Source: Octopus vulgaris (Eukaryota). From it: 64,000 nucleotides of DNA. Positions 27,624-40,392 of this stretch are shown here, in pieces (positions within the stretch are counted from its first letter, which is position 1; every line of letters starts with the position of its first letter). The notes beneath the pieces are model-generated. The model saw only the letters and a list, made by a program, of their open reading frames with translations. It made no database searches and had not been told where the DNA came from. Position numbers and translations under genes: made by a program. Location of the stretch: assembly GCA_951406725.2 (NCBI GenBank), contig OX597829.1, positions 9,424,001 to 9,488,000 on the forward strand, given 5' to 3'.

Positions 27624-28352
27624 TTGCTCCTGGGGTCAAGGATGCACTATCATTTTTTTCTAATAACTTTGTTAAACCTAAAATTTCCATCTATGTAACA
27701 ACACTGGCATACCTGGCTGCTTTAACACTGTTTCTAACAGCCTTTATTTTCTCTGACTAACGTATTCGTCAGTGTTTCGGTGTTGTTTTCGACGGACGTT
27801 ATTAACGCTGTTGCTATTCTTGTTGTAGTTACGGCTATCGTTTAAAACTTTCGTTAAACCGCTCGAAATAATTCCTTTTTCCAATTAAATGTTCATTCAA
27901 ATGTTCTTTACTTTTCTGTTTGTTACAAACGTTCATTGTATAATTCGTTTTTGTGGAGTATTTTTGTTTCATGTTCGCGCTGATGTGAACCTTTCGATTT
28001 TTTCGTTTTTCTGTGGAAGGTGCGTGCGTGTTTGTGTGTGTGTGTGTATGCGCGTGCGCGCTATCTTATAGGCATTTACACATCAAAATGTCTGAAGACA
28101 AATAAAGACACCTTTTATTATTTTTTTAAAATTTTATTTTTTTATCCCTCTTGGCAGAAAACTAATTCTGATAGTGAAGTACTAAAACAAAATTCGTTTT
28201 CTAAAGCTTGAAATATGGCCTGGGCCGAGGTTATTAATAATTTTGATGATAATAATTTTGAATTTTGGCACAAAATCAGCAATTTAGGGGAGGTGATAAA
28301 TCCATAGCATTAACTCCAGTGCTAACAATTTTGCTATAGAAGTTCACATAGT

Positions 28353-28392
28353 ATAGGCGTAGGAGTGGCTGTGTGGTAAGTAGCTTGCTTAC
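28353..28392 (+). mobile_element. SINE family A head, interrupted by an insertion
   Basis: taggcgtaggagtggctgtgtggtaagtagcttgcttac, then an abrupt switch to unrelated sequence. Confidence 0.85.
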
Positions 28393-30350
28393 TTCCGGTT
28401 ACCCAGAATGCAACACTAGTTGGTCTGGACTGTTACAGTGAGAAGATGTGAATTTCGGCTCCGTGAACAGAAAAAAACAACAACAAAAAATTGTCAATTA
28501 TGGCTCGCTATAGCAAGCAAAATACTGGGTTATCATCACTGTAACGGTGAATTGAGAATTTTTGCTTGAAAATTCTTTTTGTAAATTCTAGTGGGCGTAT
28601 CTCGCCAAAAATGTACAATTTTTCCAAATAAGCCATTTGGATTACCTTTTTGGAGTATTATACAAAGGATTCCCTGTCTGTGCTATTTGTGAGGTTTTTC
28701 TTTTACTTTTCCCTTCTATTTTTTCTTTCTTTCTAAATTTTGGTTCATTCTTTTCATTACTTTAATTTCAGTTTCCTCCCCTCCTCATTTATTTTGTTTT
28801 ATTTTTTATTCGGTTTAATTTTTTGGCAGACTGTCTTTTGAACTACTTTTGAACTGTTTTTTGACATGGCAGAGAAGGAACTTAAAAAGAAAAACTCTGT
28901 CTTAGAGTGGGAAATTAACCCGCCTAAGCAGTGGTTAAAAGATATGGTGGAGAAGACGATGGTACTTAGAAATTATTCTAAAGTTCTTAATTCCATCACC
29001 GTCTTCGCAAAACAAGTTATAAAAAATGAACTTAAAGAATATTTGTCCTCTTTAAAATATATATCCCGTGGTGTCAAACATGCAACCGCATGGTTGCTGT
29101 TTGACAACGGGGAAAAGGCTCGCCAGTTTGCGAGTCAGCCTTTAGAAGGCAAGGAAATTCTGTTCCTCCCGTCATATTGTGCGAGAAAATTAATACGAGC
29201 CTGGGTATGTGGGTTACCCCCAGGTACCGACGCGGATTGGATTGAAGATACCATCCGACGGGGACTGGGGGATGGCGGGCCCAGGCTCTTAAATGTAAGG
29301 GTATTGCCGGCGGTCGATTGGGAAGGGTCAAAAGCGATTTTGACCCTGTGGACCCCATCGGCCGCACCAAATCTGGTTTTTCCAGATTTCTTGAAAATGG
29401 CTGGCTGCAGGAATCCGGTGATACTTGAGGGACGTCCCCCCAAGTGTCAGTTGTGCCTGCAGCCAGGCCACATTAAAAGGAACTGCTCCAGGACCATGGT
29501 AACGTCCTGGAACAGTCACTAGATGCCACCTCCCCTACCCGGTCAAAGGGAGAGGTGGATGCTTCAGCCTCCTCGACTCAAAAAGGATTAAAAAGGAAGA
29601 AGGTGGGCAACAATAGTTGCCTAACGAAGGAACCTAAGACTTCGGAAGCGGGGGAGAGTCTCCGGACAAAGCGGAAGAGCTCCACTCTCCCGAAGTCAGG
29701 AAGAAAAGAAAAAAAGAAGGAAGAAGAACGGGTCATCTCACCGGGGAGATGATGTGCCGACTGCATGTCCCGAAGTTGTGCCACCCACGGTGGAAGAAAC
29801 CACCCCCACCCTTAAAGATGATCAGTTATTTATCCTTTTCTATAAGGGCGGGGAGGTGGAAAAAATAGTAGAAGAACATAAAGAGACAGTAGATATGCCC
29901 TTCACATGGGATCCCGAATGGCCTCCGCAGATAGCTGTGGAGGTCATTAGGTTTCCCTTGTGGGAAAGGTTTAAAGGATTTGGGAAGGAATGTCGCATAT
30001 GGCCGGGTGGCCCTTATACGACTTACATGTCCTACATGAGTGAAGCATGGGAAATGGCGGGATACAGGAACTCAAGCGGTATTGAAGATAATGATGAATA
30101 TATCGATGGATATATCGATGAGTAGGAGGTGAAAAAGCCTAGTTAGAGGGTTTGAAACCTCATCTTATTGCATTATTTGTAGTGGTTTATAACCTCAATT
30201 GTGTGTTTAAAAAAAACATGTCAAGTAAGAGGTTTTAGTGCCTCCTACTTGTAAGAGGTTTGAAACCTCATATTGATTTTTTAAAAAAAGAAAATATGTT
30301 TTCGAGAAAAATCCAATCGGCGGGTGTTGGGTTTCGTCTCTCATTTATTC
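28393..30350 (+). mobile_element. ORF1-only L1/Tx1-like non-autonomous retroelement (HAL1-like), 3' tip missing here
   Basis: ~470 bp 5' UTR, an ORF1-like frame and an AT-rich 3' UTR with no ORF2. The 3' end with AATAAA and the TSD is at 33192-33295 on the minus strand. Confidence 0.75.
28866..30125 (+). pseudogene. ORF1p-like nucleic-acid-binding protein (RRM-like region + CCHC zinc knuckle + basic tail), broken into three ORFs
   Basis: WVCGLPPG...VILEGRPPKCQLCLQPGHIKRNC (CX2CX4HX4C) is typical of Tx1/L1 ORF1p and ZCCHC3-like proteins. It continues in 29555-29752 and 29754-30125. Confidence 0.8.
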
Positions 30351-30974
30351 ACTTGGTCACAGTCAAATGACTGAAACAAGTAAAAGAGTATAGTTAGTAG
30401 AGAGGGTTCAGTCTTAAAAGCAGTAATCTTCGTTATACTATTTGGGAGTTGTTAATTATTTTTCACTTTATGTCAGGAAGTAAACTTAATTATGGAATGG
30501 TATCTATAGTATTAGTTAGCTACCGGGTGACTATATCGCTAAGGCTTCAACAAGTTTTAATATGCTGTATTCTAGCGTTGTTTTCGTGTAAGAGAGAAGA
30601 AATATGGCAAGAGTTAAATCCACTGTAGTAGTGAACAAAGTGTAATAGCTTCCCACTGAACTGTGGAATCTAAAAGACAGCGATATACCTGTAGATATGG
30701 CTTTGAGATAAAAATGTGCGCTTAACAATGCTGTCAAAGTTGGTAAAAAAAATAAAACTAATGAAAACCAACAATAAAACAATAGTAACAAAAATAATGC
30801 AATTATCTTCCATATCACTTCGAGAAATATGCCCATAGATCAATGAATTCATAGGTTTGTAGTATTTTATATTTAATTTCAAATTTCTTACGGAATGCTA
30901 AGATTATATGCTTTGCAAATATTGATGATCCAGTTAGTAATTTTAATATGCCTCACGGATTGAAAGGGGGGAAA

Positions 30975-31113
30975 TAGTAATGGCATAAGAAAACACTCTG
31001 GTACATGCCATGGAAAAATCCCAATTGCTTTTGTCGTTGGTAATATATGCCAATCTACAGAGAAATGAAATCAAGGCAAATCGACCAGACATTGTTATCA
31101 AAGACATCGAAGG
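30975..31113 (+). mobile_element. Internal fragment of an R4/Dong-type RLE domain
   Basis: MPIY...NEIKANRPDIVIKD, the same RPD motif as in 2410-2860. Confidence 0.6.
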
Positions 31114-31457
31114 TTAATCGATTTTAGTATAGTAAGCGAAGAATTTTTAATTAATATTATTTCCGAAACGAAGAACAAGAATCTTTGGAATAGGTATCAG
31201 TTCTAGTCCTAAAGGTAAGAGATCTCTGAATTAGAAGTTCAGTCCAGCTGACTGGTTTCTACACTGCTTTTGTTAACGCAATTTCATTCACAAGGATTGG
31301 TTTCACTCAAAGCTATTGTAATAGACATTTTCTCATGATAAACAGGAAATAGGATAGAAATCATGATTGTGAAGCGAACTCCTTAAACATTCGATTCTAC
31401 CTGTATATTACATATCACAACGTACCATCTTAATAAAGTATAATGCCAAGTCTAATG

Positions 31458-31692
31458 TCTTTAACATTCAGACAACTCTGTCCAATATATTCAGATGTAT
31501 TTATTCAGATTGTTTTGAATTCATTATGCATTATCTTATAGCTTTGAGATTTCAGTGATGTGATTATTGCGTTTTATTCAGGGGGACAGAATTTATATAG
31601 GGTAGGTATGAGGGGCCGGATCTGGTCAGTTTGAACATAAAACAAATAGAATATTTGAACTAGATTTGGTTGGTTTAAGTGCTAAAGGGTCA
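31458..31692. mobile_element. Possible decayed TTAA-type MITE
   Basis: Ends tctttaacatt / agtgctaaagggtcaa resemble imperfect CCCTTTAGCA TIRs. Confidence 0.35.
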
Positions 31693-33008
31693 AATAATGT
31701 CGGAAGAAATGTCGTTTGTTTTAAAATAGAAATGATCACGGTTTGAATGCCTTTAGCTATGTATCTACCAGATACGGTTCGACTTGAGGCTAAGCAACAA
31801 GGTAATGAGTGAGAACCTTGTCAGCTCTGAGTTCAAATGTTAGGCCGGGTTGGAAGAAAACCCTCAGTAAAACCATTACATTGTGTTCAGTCTTGAATCA
31901 TGAAAATTAACGAATTCCTCGCTTGTGGCCTACCCCTACGATTCAATGAATGTGAAATACTTTTCAGTCAGAATACATTATGTGTACGGTCATGGAACTA
32001 TGTTTTCAGATGGTCCGTTCATAACAACGTTATTCTGAGTTCGATTCTACTACGTGTGAGTTGGGGTTTTTTTTTACTACAGCCTTGGGCCAATGTACTT
32101 TACCGAGCTGTACCTACACTTATTATAACGAAAACAACATGCTTTCGTAGATACGGTAACTGGATTGCTAACTCACAGATAGAAAGTCTGATTTCATTGC
32201 ATTTGTTAAATAATTTGAAACCGTAACCCTCCCCCTTTGGGAGAAGGAGCTTTGGTTATTGTTTAAAAATTGAATTGTGTCCCTGTTTGGGGAAACTAAC
32301 AATATTTTCACCGTTTATACGGAAGCATTTTTGTTAAAATGCCTTCCATAGAAGAAAGTCCAAAAATGAATTTGGCTGCAGCCGTCGGAGGGCGCGAACT
32401 CATTTAAGTTAAAGTGGAAGAAATACAAAACTATTTCGGATTGATCACCGACAAAGACGGTGAATCTAGGATAACACCACCAAACGAAATAAAAAATTAA
32501 ATTAAAGAAAAGACTATTGTCTATAAAGTACACAATGTAGAGAATAAAAAAGATTTGAACACCTGGAGGAAAGCACCATCGAAACGTATCTTGGTGCGAC
32601 TATGAAGATATCAAGTATCTAACCAGAGGCGGTAAATTCGCCACAAAAGAAGCAAGGTTCGAGTCAACGGAGCGTGCAAGGGAGTGCTCGACTCGAACCT
32701 TGCAGAAATATTTTATTTTTACCTTTATATCTGGGACGTAGGACGTCCCGGATAAAAATTTAAAATGTCCTCCCAGAAGTAGAGGTAGGCTGGATTGTAG
32801 GCACACTTCTATACAAGAGGGAGGACAAGATACAATTGATCGAAATTGTAAGAGACGGGCCTACAATTCCAGTCTGTTATATACTTTGAGTATTGTTATC
32901 ACTAGCGATATCAAGATATAACTTTGAATTTTGTATTTTATGTGTAGGTGTATATATATAGATGTACATGTAATATGTACACATATATATATACATATAT
33001 ACATGCAT

Positions 33009-33047
33009 TAGCACTATGACCTGGCAACGACGGGTCATAATGCTAGT
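33009..33047 (+). other. Hairpin ending CTAGT, possible Helitron/Helentron-type terminus
   Basis: TAGCACTATGACC-tggcaacgacg-GGTCATAATGCTA (12/13 bp stem), then gt-(at)n. Confidence 0.4.
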
Positions 33048-33059
33048 ATATATATATAT

Positions 33060-33204
33060 ACATATATACGACGGGCTTTCAGTTTCCGTCTACCAAATTC
33101 ACTCACAAGGCTTTGGTCGGCCCGAGGCTATAGTAGAAATCCCCTGCCCAAAATGCCACGCAGTGGGACTGAACTCGGAACCATGTGGTCGGTAAGCAAG
33201 CTAC
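33060..33204 (-). mobile_element. SINE family A body lacking its head
   Basis: On the minus strand it starts exactly at gtagcttgcttac, the complementary half to 28353-28392. Confidence 0.85.
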
Positions 33205-34519
33205 TTTATTTCATAAAATTTGTCATATAGACAGTACAAAGATTGTGTAGCTTTGCGGGCTGGACAAACACATTAATGAATGAAAATGAATTAGAATGAA
33301 TAAATGAGAGACGAAACCCAACACCCGCCGATTGGATTTTTCTCGAAAACATATTTTCTTTTTTTAAAAAATCAATATGCGGTTTCAAACCTCTTACAAG
33401 AAGGAGGCACTAAAACCTCTTACTTGACATGTTTTTTTTAAACACACAATTGAGGTTATAAACCACTACAAATAATGCAATAAGATGAGGTTTCAAACCC
33501 TCTAACTAGGCTTTTTCACCTCCTACTCATCGATATATCCATCGATTGTTGCTCGCCTTCTTCCTTTTTAATCCTTTTTGAGTTGAGGAGGCGCGCACAC
33601 ACACACACACTCGCTCTTTCTCTGTCGCTTTCTCTCTCTTTCCCCTTCTTGTGCGCACGCGCACACATACACACACTCACACTTGCACACACACACACAC
33701 ACACATATGTGCTCATGTTTGTACCCCTCCACCGCTAGACAACCGGCGTTGGTTTGCTAAGTCCCATTAACATAGCGGTCCGGCAAAGCTGTCGATAGAA
33801 TTAGTAACAGACCTAGAATATACACTGGGATCGATCTGTTCGACTAATTATACAAGGTAGTGCTCCAGTGTGGCTGCATTACACTGACTAAAACGAGTAA
33901 AACAGTAAAAGAATAGGGATCATCAATTCATTCTAAAATATGTAACAACGTTAAGAAATACTCCGTTGAAGAGATTCTATAAGACTGAACATTATAGGCT
34001 CAGGCATGGCTGAACAGTAAGAAGCTTGCTTCTTAACTATATAGCCTTGGGTTCAGTTCCACTGCGTGACACCTTGGCCAGGTGTCTTCTACTTTAGCCT
34101 TGGGCTGACCAAAGCCCTGTGAGTGGATTTGGTGGACAGAAACTGAAAGAAGCCCGTCGTATATATATATGTAGGCGAGGCTGTGTTAAGAAGCTTGCTT
34201 CCTAGCCACATAGTTCCAGGTTTAGTCCCACTGCGTGGCACCTTGGGCAAGTGTCTTCTACTATAGCCTTTGATAGACCAAAGCCTTGTGAGTGGATTTG
34301 GTAGACGGAAACTGAAAGGAGACCGTTGGGTACATGTGTGTGTGTTTATGTATGTGTCCCTGTCTTTGTCTTTGTCACCCACCACTGCTTGACAACCGGT
34401 GTGAGTGTGTTTACGCCCCTGCAACTTAGCTGTTCAGCAAAAGCGATCAAATAGAGTAGAAAAGTAACAGGCTTAACAAAAACGCAAATACTGGAGTTGA
34501 TTCATTAGACTAAAATTAG

Positions 34520-34577
<58 letters not shown>

Positions 34578-35424
34578 TTTTACTTGTTTCAGTCATTTGA
34601 CTCCGGCTATGCAGGAGCACCACCTTTAGTCGAACTAAATTTTGTAAGGACTAAATTTTGTAAGCCTAGTACTTATTCTATCGCTCTCTTTTGCCGAACC
34701 GCTAAGTTACACGCCAACATCGGTTGTCAAGTGATGGTGGTGGGGTGACAAACATAAACACAAATAACAAACACATACACATATATATACGACGGGCTTC
34801 TTTCAGTTTCCGTCTACAAATCCACTCACAAGGCTTTGGTCGGCCCGAAGCTATAGTAGAAAACACTTGCCCAAGGTGCCACGCAATGGGACTGAACTCG
34901 GAACCATGTGGTCGGTAAGCAAGCTACTTTATTTCATAAAATTTGTCATATAGACAGTACAAAGCGTGTGTAGCTTTGCGGGCTGGACAAAGACATTAAT
35001 GAATGAAAATGAAATAGAATGAATAAATGAGAGACGAAACCCAACACCCGCCGATTGGATTTTTCTCGAAAACATATTTTTCTCGAAAGCATATTTTCTT
35101 TTTTTAAAGAATCAATATGAGGTTTCAAACCTCTTACAAGAAGGAGGCACTAAAACCTCTTACTTGACATGTTTTTTTTAAACACACAATTGAGGTTATA
35201 AACCACTACAAATAATGCAATAAGATGAGGTTTCAAACCCTCTAACTAGGCTTTTTCACCTCCTACTCATCGATATATCCATCGATTGTTGCTCGCCTTC
35301 TTCCTTTTTAATCCTTTTTGAGTTGAGGAGGCGCGCACACACACACACACTCGCTCTTTCTCTGTCGCTTTCTCTCTCTTTCCCCTTCTTGTGCGCACGT
35401 GCACACATATACACACTCACACTT

Positions 35425-35462
<38 letters not shown>

Positions 35463-36254
35463 GTGCTCATGTTTGTACCCCTCCACCGCTAGACAACCGG
35501 CGTTGGTTTGCTAAGTCCCATTAACATAGCGGTCCGGCAAAGCTGTCGATAGAATTAGTAACAGACGTAGAATATACACTGGGATCGATCTGTTCGACTA
35601 ATTATCCAGTGTGGCTGCATTACACTGACTAAAACGAGTAAAACAGTAAAAGAATAGGGATCATCAATTAAAATCTGTAACAACGTTAAGAAATACTCCG
35701 CTGAAGAGATTCTATAAGACTGAACATTATAGGCTCAGGCATGGCTGAACAGTAAGAAGCTTGCTTCTTAACTATATAGCCTTGGGTTCAGTACCACTGC
35801 GTGACACCTTGGCCAGGTGTCTTCTACTTTAGCCTTGGGCTGACCAAAGCCCTGTGAGTGGATTTGGTGGACGGAAACTGAAAGAAGCCCGTCGTATATA
35901 TATATGTAGGCGAGGCTGTGTTAAGAAGCTTGCTTCCTAGCCACATAGTTCCAGGTTTAGTCCCACTGCGTGGCACCTTGGGCAAGTGTCTTCTACTATA
36001 GCCTTTGATAGACCAAAGCCTTGTGAGTGGATTTGGTAGACGGAAACTGAAAGGAGACCGTTGGGTACATGTGTGTGTGTTTATGTATGTGTCCCTGTCT
36101 TTGTCTTTGTCACCCACCACTGCTTGACAACCGGTGTGAGTGTGTTTACGCCCCTGCAAATTAGCTGTTCAGCAAAAGCGATCAAATAGAGTAGAAAAGT
36201 AACAGGCTTAACAAAAACGCAAATACTGGAGTTGATTCATTAGACTAAAATTAG

Positions 36255-36338
<84 letters not shown>

Positions 36339-36651
36339 TTTTACTTGTTTCAGTCATTTGACTCCGGCTATGCAGGAGCACCACCTTTAGTCGAACTAAA
36401 TTTTGTAAGGACTAAATTTTGTAAGCCTAGTACTTATTCTATCGCTCTCTTTTGCCGAACCGCTAAGTTACACGCCAACATCGGTTGTCAAGTGATGGTG
36501 GTGGGGTGACAAACATAAACACAAATAACAAACACATACACATATATATACGACGGGCTTCTTTCAGTTTCCGTCTACAAATCCACTCACAAGGCTTTGG
36601 TCGGCCCGAAGCTATAGTAGAAAACACTTGCCCAAGGTGCCACGCAATGGG
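33168..36651. repeat. Tandem duplication of ~1.74 kb (33168-34890 / 34891-36651) containing several SINE A copies
   Basis: Units are near-identical; ORFs 34089-34424 and 35824-36159 differ by one residue. Breakpoints lie inside SINEs. Confidence 0.95.
33205..33592 (-). mobile_element. Inverted, internally deleted 3' part of the ORF1-only element (duplicated at 34928-35332)
   Basis: Minus strand equals 29567-29612 joined to ~30103-30350, plus ~90 bp of true 3' end finishing gaaataaa. Confidence 0.9.
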
Positions 36652-36828
36652 CCTGAAACTGGAACCATGTGGTTGGGAAGCAAGCTTCTTACCACACAGC
36701 CACTCCTGCGCCTATAAATGAAAAGAAGATTCAACCTCGGCCGAATTTGAATTCAGGACATAAAGACAGAAGAAATGCCGTTCATCATTTTTCTGGCATG
36801 TGAACGATTCGACCGGCTCGCTCACCAT

Positions 36829-37100
36829 ATATATATTGCGGAGATGTACTTGCATAGCAGGTGATCTGATCTGAGATCGTGTGCTGAAACAAAAACAACT
36901 GCAGCGTGGAATCCATTCAAAAACACATGAAGAACCGTTTGATTCACTTTAACATTTCAAATTTAATTTGTCAAAATATTTTCGTCGCTCTGAGACCGCG
37001 ACCTGTTCACTGACAAAATTCCGTACTGAAGTGAATCTAACGGTTTTTTTATGTGTTTTCAAATGACTTATAAACACCTTCAACGCTGCAGTTGTTTTTG
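36829..37100. mobile_element. Penelope-type end with short inverted repeat
   Basis: Arms 36890-36949 and 37029-37100 (caaaaacaactgcagcgt...gattcactt / aagtgaatc...acgctgcagttgtttttg) enclose a hammerhead motif. The element is inserted in (AT)n. Confidence 0.7.
36967..37017 (-). ncRNA. Minimal hammerhead ribozyme, G3-C8 variant
   Basis: TTTGTCA-GTGAACA-G-GTCGC(ggtctcaga)GCGAC-GAAA-ATAT-TT-TGACAAA: 7-bp stem I, 5-bp stem II and palindromic AATATT stem III. Confidence 0.72.
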
Positions 37101-39309
37101 TATATATGAGGATGAGAGATTGGCAGGTGAACTGACGTCGGGCTACCAAATTCACCTGCAAATTAATGGTCATTTCGGTATTGCAGTAACAAACAGTTGC
37201 ACGGGGTTTGCCGCACAATGGGATTGAACTCCAAACCATGCCTGCGCCTTCTTTTTGTGGATTGTGAACGACTTGACGACGGTGAAAACGGCGAAAACTA
37301 AAGGTTGAAATTTATGGAACCGATAAAAGAAAATATCAATCATTCGATCTCTATCAGCCCTCCTGCCCTTCACGACTTGGGCTTTTGAGGAATGAGCTTA
37401 TAAAGTTGGGGATGTGTTACCGGGAGTAGGGTGGGGGTACATGTGGTGGTGGAAGGAGCAGTGTCTGAAACTGCCATAGGAATTGGTTCAGCAGTACTTT
37501 TCACAGCTACTTCCGGTCCAGGTCGGTAGTGGGTGGAAATGTGATCCTGTATCGACTGCATAACTAGTTGTCTGAGGGCTGAGTTCCCCACTCTGGCAAT
37601 AGTAGTTGGTGGTGGTGGCGGTGGCGGTGGTGGTGGCGGTGGGGGGTGGCAGTGGGTGCTGGCGGAAAGAAGCTGTGGTGGGGGAGCTGAGTTGTTGTTG
37701 TTGGAAATGGTGACAATGGTGGAGCTGGAGTCGACTGCGACGGTGGTGGTGATGGGGGTAGCGGCGGCGACGGCGGTGCTGGTCGGTTTTAGGGGTTGCG
37801 TTGGTGGTGGTTTTTACAAGTGATGGTAGTGATGTTGCCTCACGAGTCGGTGCTAAGTGGTTGTGATGGCGTTGGTGGTAATTGTGGTGGTGGCGATGGT
37901 GGTGGTCGCTCGTGTATAGAATGGGTAGAATGGGTTCCAGTGGTCTTAGTACTGGTGGTAGCTGACGTGTTAATGGTCATGATGGCACTAGCCATAGTAT
38001 TAATGAGAAAGAGAGAAAGAAAGAGACGGTGAGGGATGGCGATAACAGATTGATGGGGGTGGTACAGGCAGTGCTCGTGGCAGTGGTATTGATGGGGCGG
38101 TGGTGGTGGTGGTGGTGGTGGTGATAGTGGTGCTTTAGGGAATAGTGGTGGTGAGGGAGCGGTGAAAACGTCTACGGTGCCGGCATTATGGATGATGATG
38201 TTGCTGATGTTGTCGGTGGTGGTGGTAGTGGTGGTGGTGGTGGTGGTACTGATGGTATTGGTGGTGGCTGTGGTGGCGGGGCTGGGGGGGACACGCAGGG
38301 CCGGGGGTCGGGGTCGGCGGAGAGGTGTTGGTGTTTAATCTCCACTTTTAATTCAATTGACAGTCATAAGCTTTCTTTACGGCAGTCCCAAAGCACCAAT
38401 CACTACCATTCACATCACTGCCATCAACAGCAACAGCAACAACAAACTCAGCAGAGGCAACAACAACAACAACAACAGCCACAAAACCAACGGCAACACG
38501 AAAAACAGCAACAATATCGATAGCAACAACATTGACGAATATCACAAGCAACACAAATGCACAAACATTAACATTCATATAAATATAGGTTACAATGATC
38601 ATAGGCTCAAATATCTACACACATGTGTGTATGAATGCGTGTGTGTATGTACGTGTGTATAATGTATGTGTGTTTGTATGTGTGTATGTATGTATGTATG
38701 CATGTATGCATGTTAGAGTGAGTGTCTGTATTGAATGTATGTATACATGTCCGCGTCAGTTGTATCTTTATCTTATATATATATCAAGATAAAGATGTGT
38801 ATATGAACATGTGTGTATATGTATTCATAAATACTTACATATGCACACGCACACACACATATAGATAAATACATACATGCATACATACATACATACATAC
38901 ATACATGCATACATGCATACATTCATACATACATACATACATACATACATGCATACATACATACATACATACATACATACATACATACATACATACATAC
39001 ATACATACATACATACATACATACATACTTACATACATATATGTAGATAGATAGGTAGATAGATAGATTGATAGATAGATAAACCACACACACATATACA
39101 TATACATGTTTGCGTATGTGCGTGTAAATTCATATATACGTGTGTGTATGTGTATATGCTTATATATATATATATATATATATATAGGCATATAAACCAT
39201 ACATATATACATGTATATATACACAAACGCACACATCTATTTAACTGTTCATCTATTAGTCTATCTACCTATCTAGTTATCTTTCTCTCTCCCTCGCACT
39301 CTCTCCCTA

Positions 39310-39360
<51 letters not shown>

Positions 39361-39371
39361 CTATATCTATA

Positions 39372-39405
<34 letters not shown>

Positions 39406-39566
39406 TACATACATTGAAGAAAGAAAATACGAGATAACATTACGATGTTAGTTTGCGCATGTGTATGATGTGTATGTGTGTAAGGGAGAGAGAGAAAGTG
39501 AATGAGAGGAGAAAGAGAGAGAGAGAGAGAGAGAGAGCTATGTGTGTCTAAAGAGTGAGTGAGAGC

Positions 39567-39620
<54 letters not shown>

Positions 39621-39980
39621 AGAAGGTAAGGGTAGGACAAAAGAGATCAATGAACACGAGACATTTTCAGACCAGCTTCGTAATCTCAAAGAGATTTTTT
39701 TTTTATTTCCTCAGACATAAACACCATATGGTATATACACCGTATATACACAGAGTATACCATGTACAGCACATGCAAAATACATTAATAGTGAATTATC
39801 TCGTTGGTTTTATTCGGATTTAGAAGGATATACCCTTTCGTTGACATTTCTCGATAGATTAAAGTACTCTGTCCCTCTTTCTCTCTCAAAGGCACACCCC
39901 AACACCCGACTCTGGAAACACACAAACATACACATAGGCACACACAGACATACGCATATGTATACATATACGTGTAGATG

Positions 39981-40022
<42 letters not shown>

Positions 40023-40354
40023 TCTATATATGCATATATATATATACATACATCTATATACATTTAATATATCAAATACGCACACACACACACACAAATA
40101 TATGCATATATATAAACAAATATATATACATATATACATGTTATATATATACACAAACGCATATATGTATATTTACATATGTACACATATACATGATCTG
40201 TGAAAAACATGCTATTGACTTTAATATTATCATATATATATCTATATATATATGAGCATATATATTTATATATTTGTATATCATGTATGTTTATTTATAT
40301 AGATTTGTATAACTGTATATGTATGAACATACAAACATTTACACATTGCCATAC

Positions 40355-40392
<38 letters not shown>

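Noticed and set aside
37370-37813. Start-less ~148-codon Pro/Thr-rich open frame on the minus strand
   Set aside because: It lies in GGT-derived low-complexity DNA, has stops upstream in all frames, and shows no acceptor or domain. It cannot be fully excluded without RNA data.
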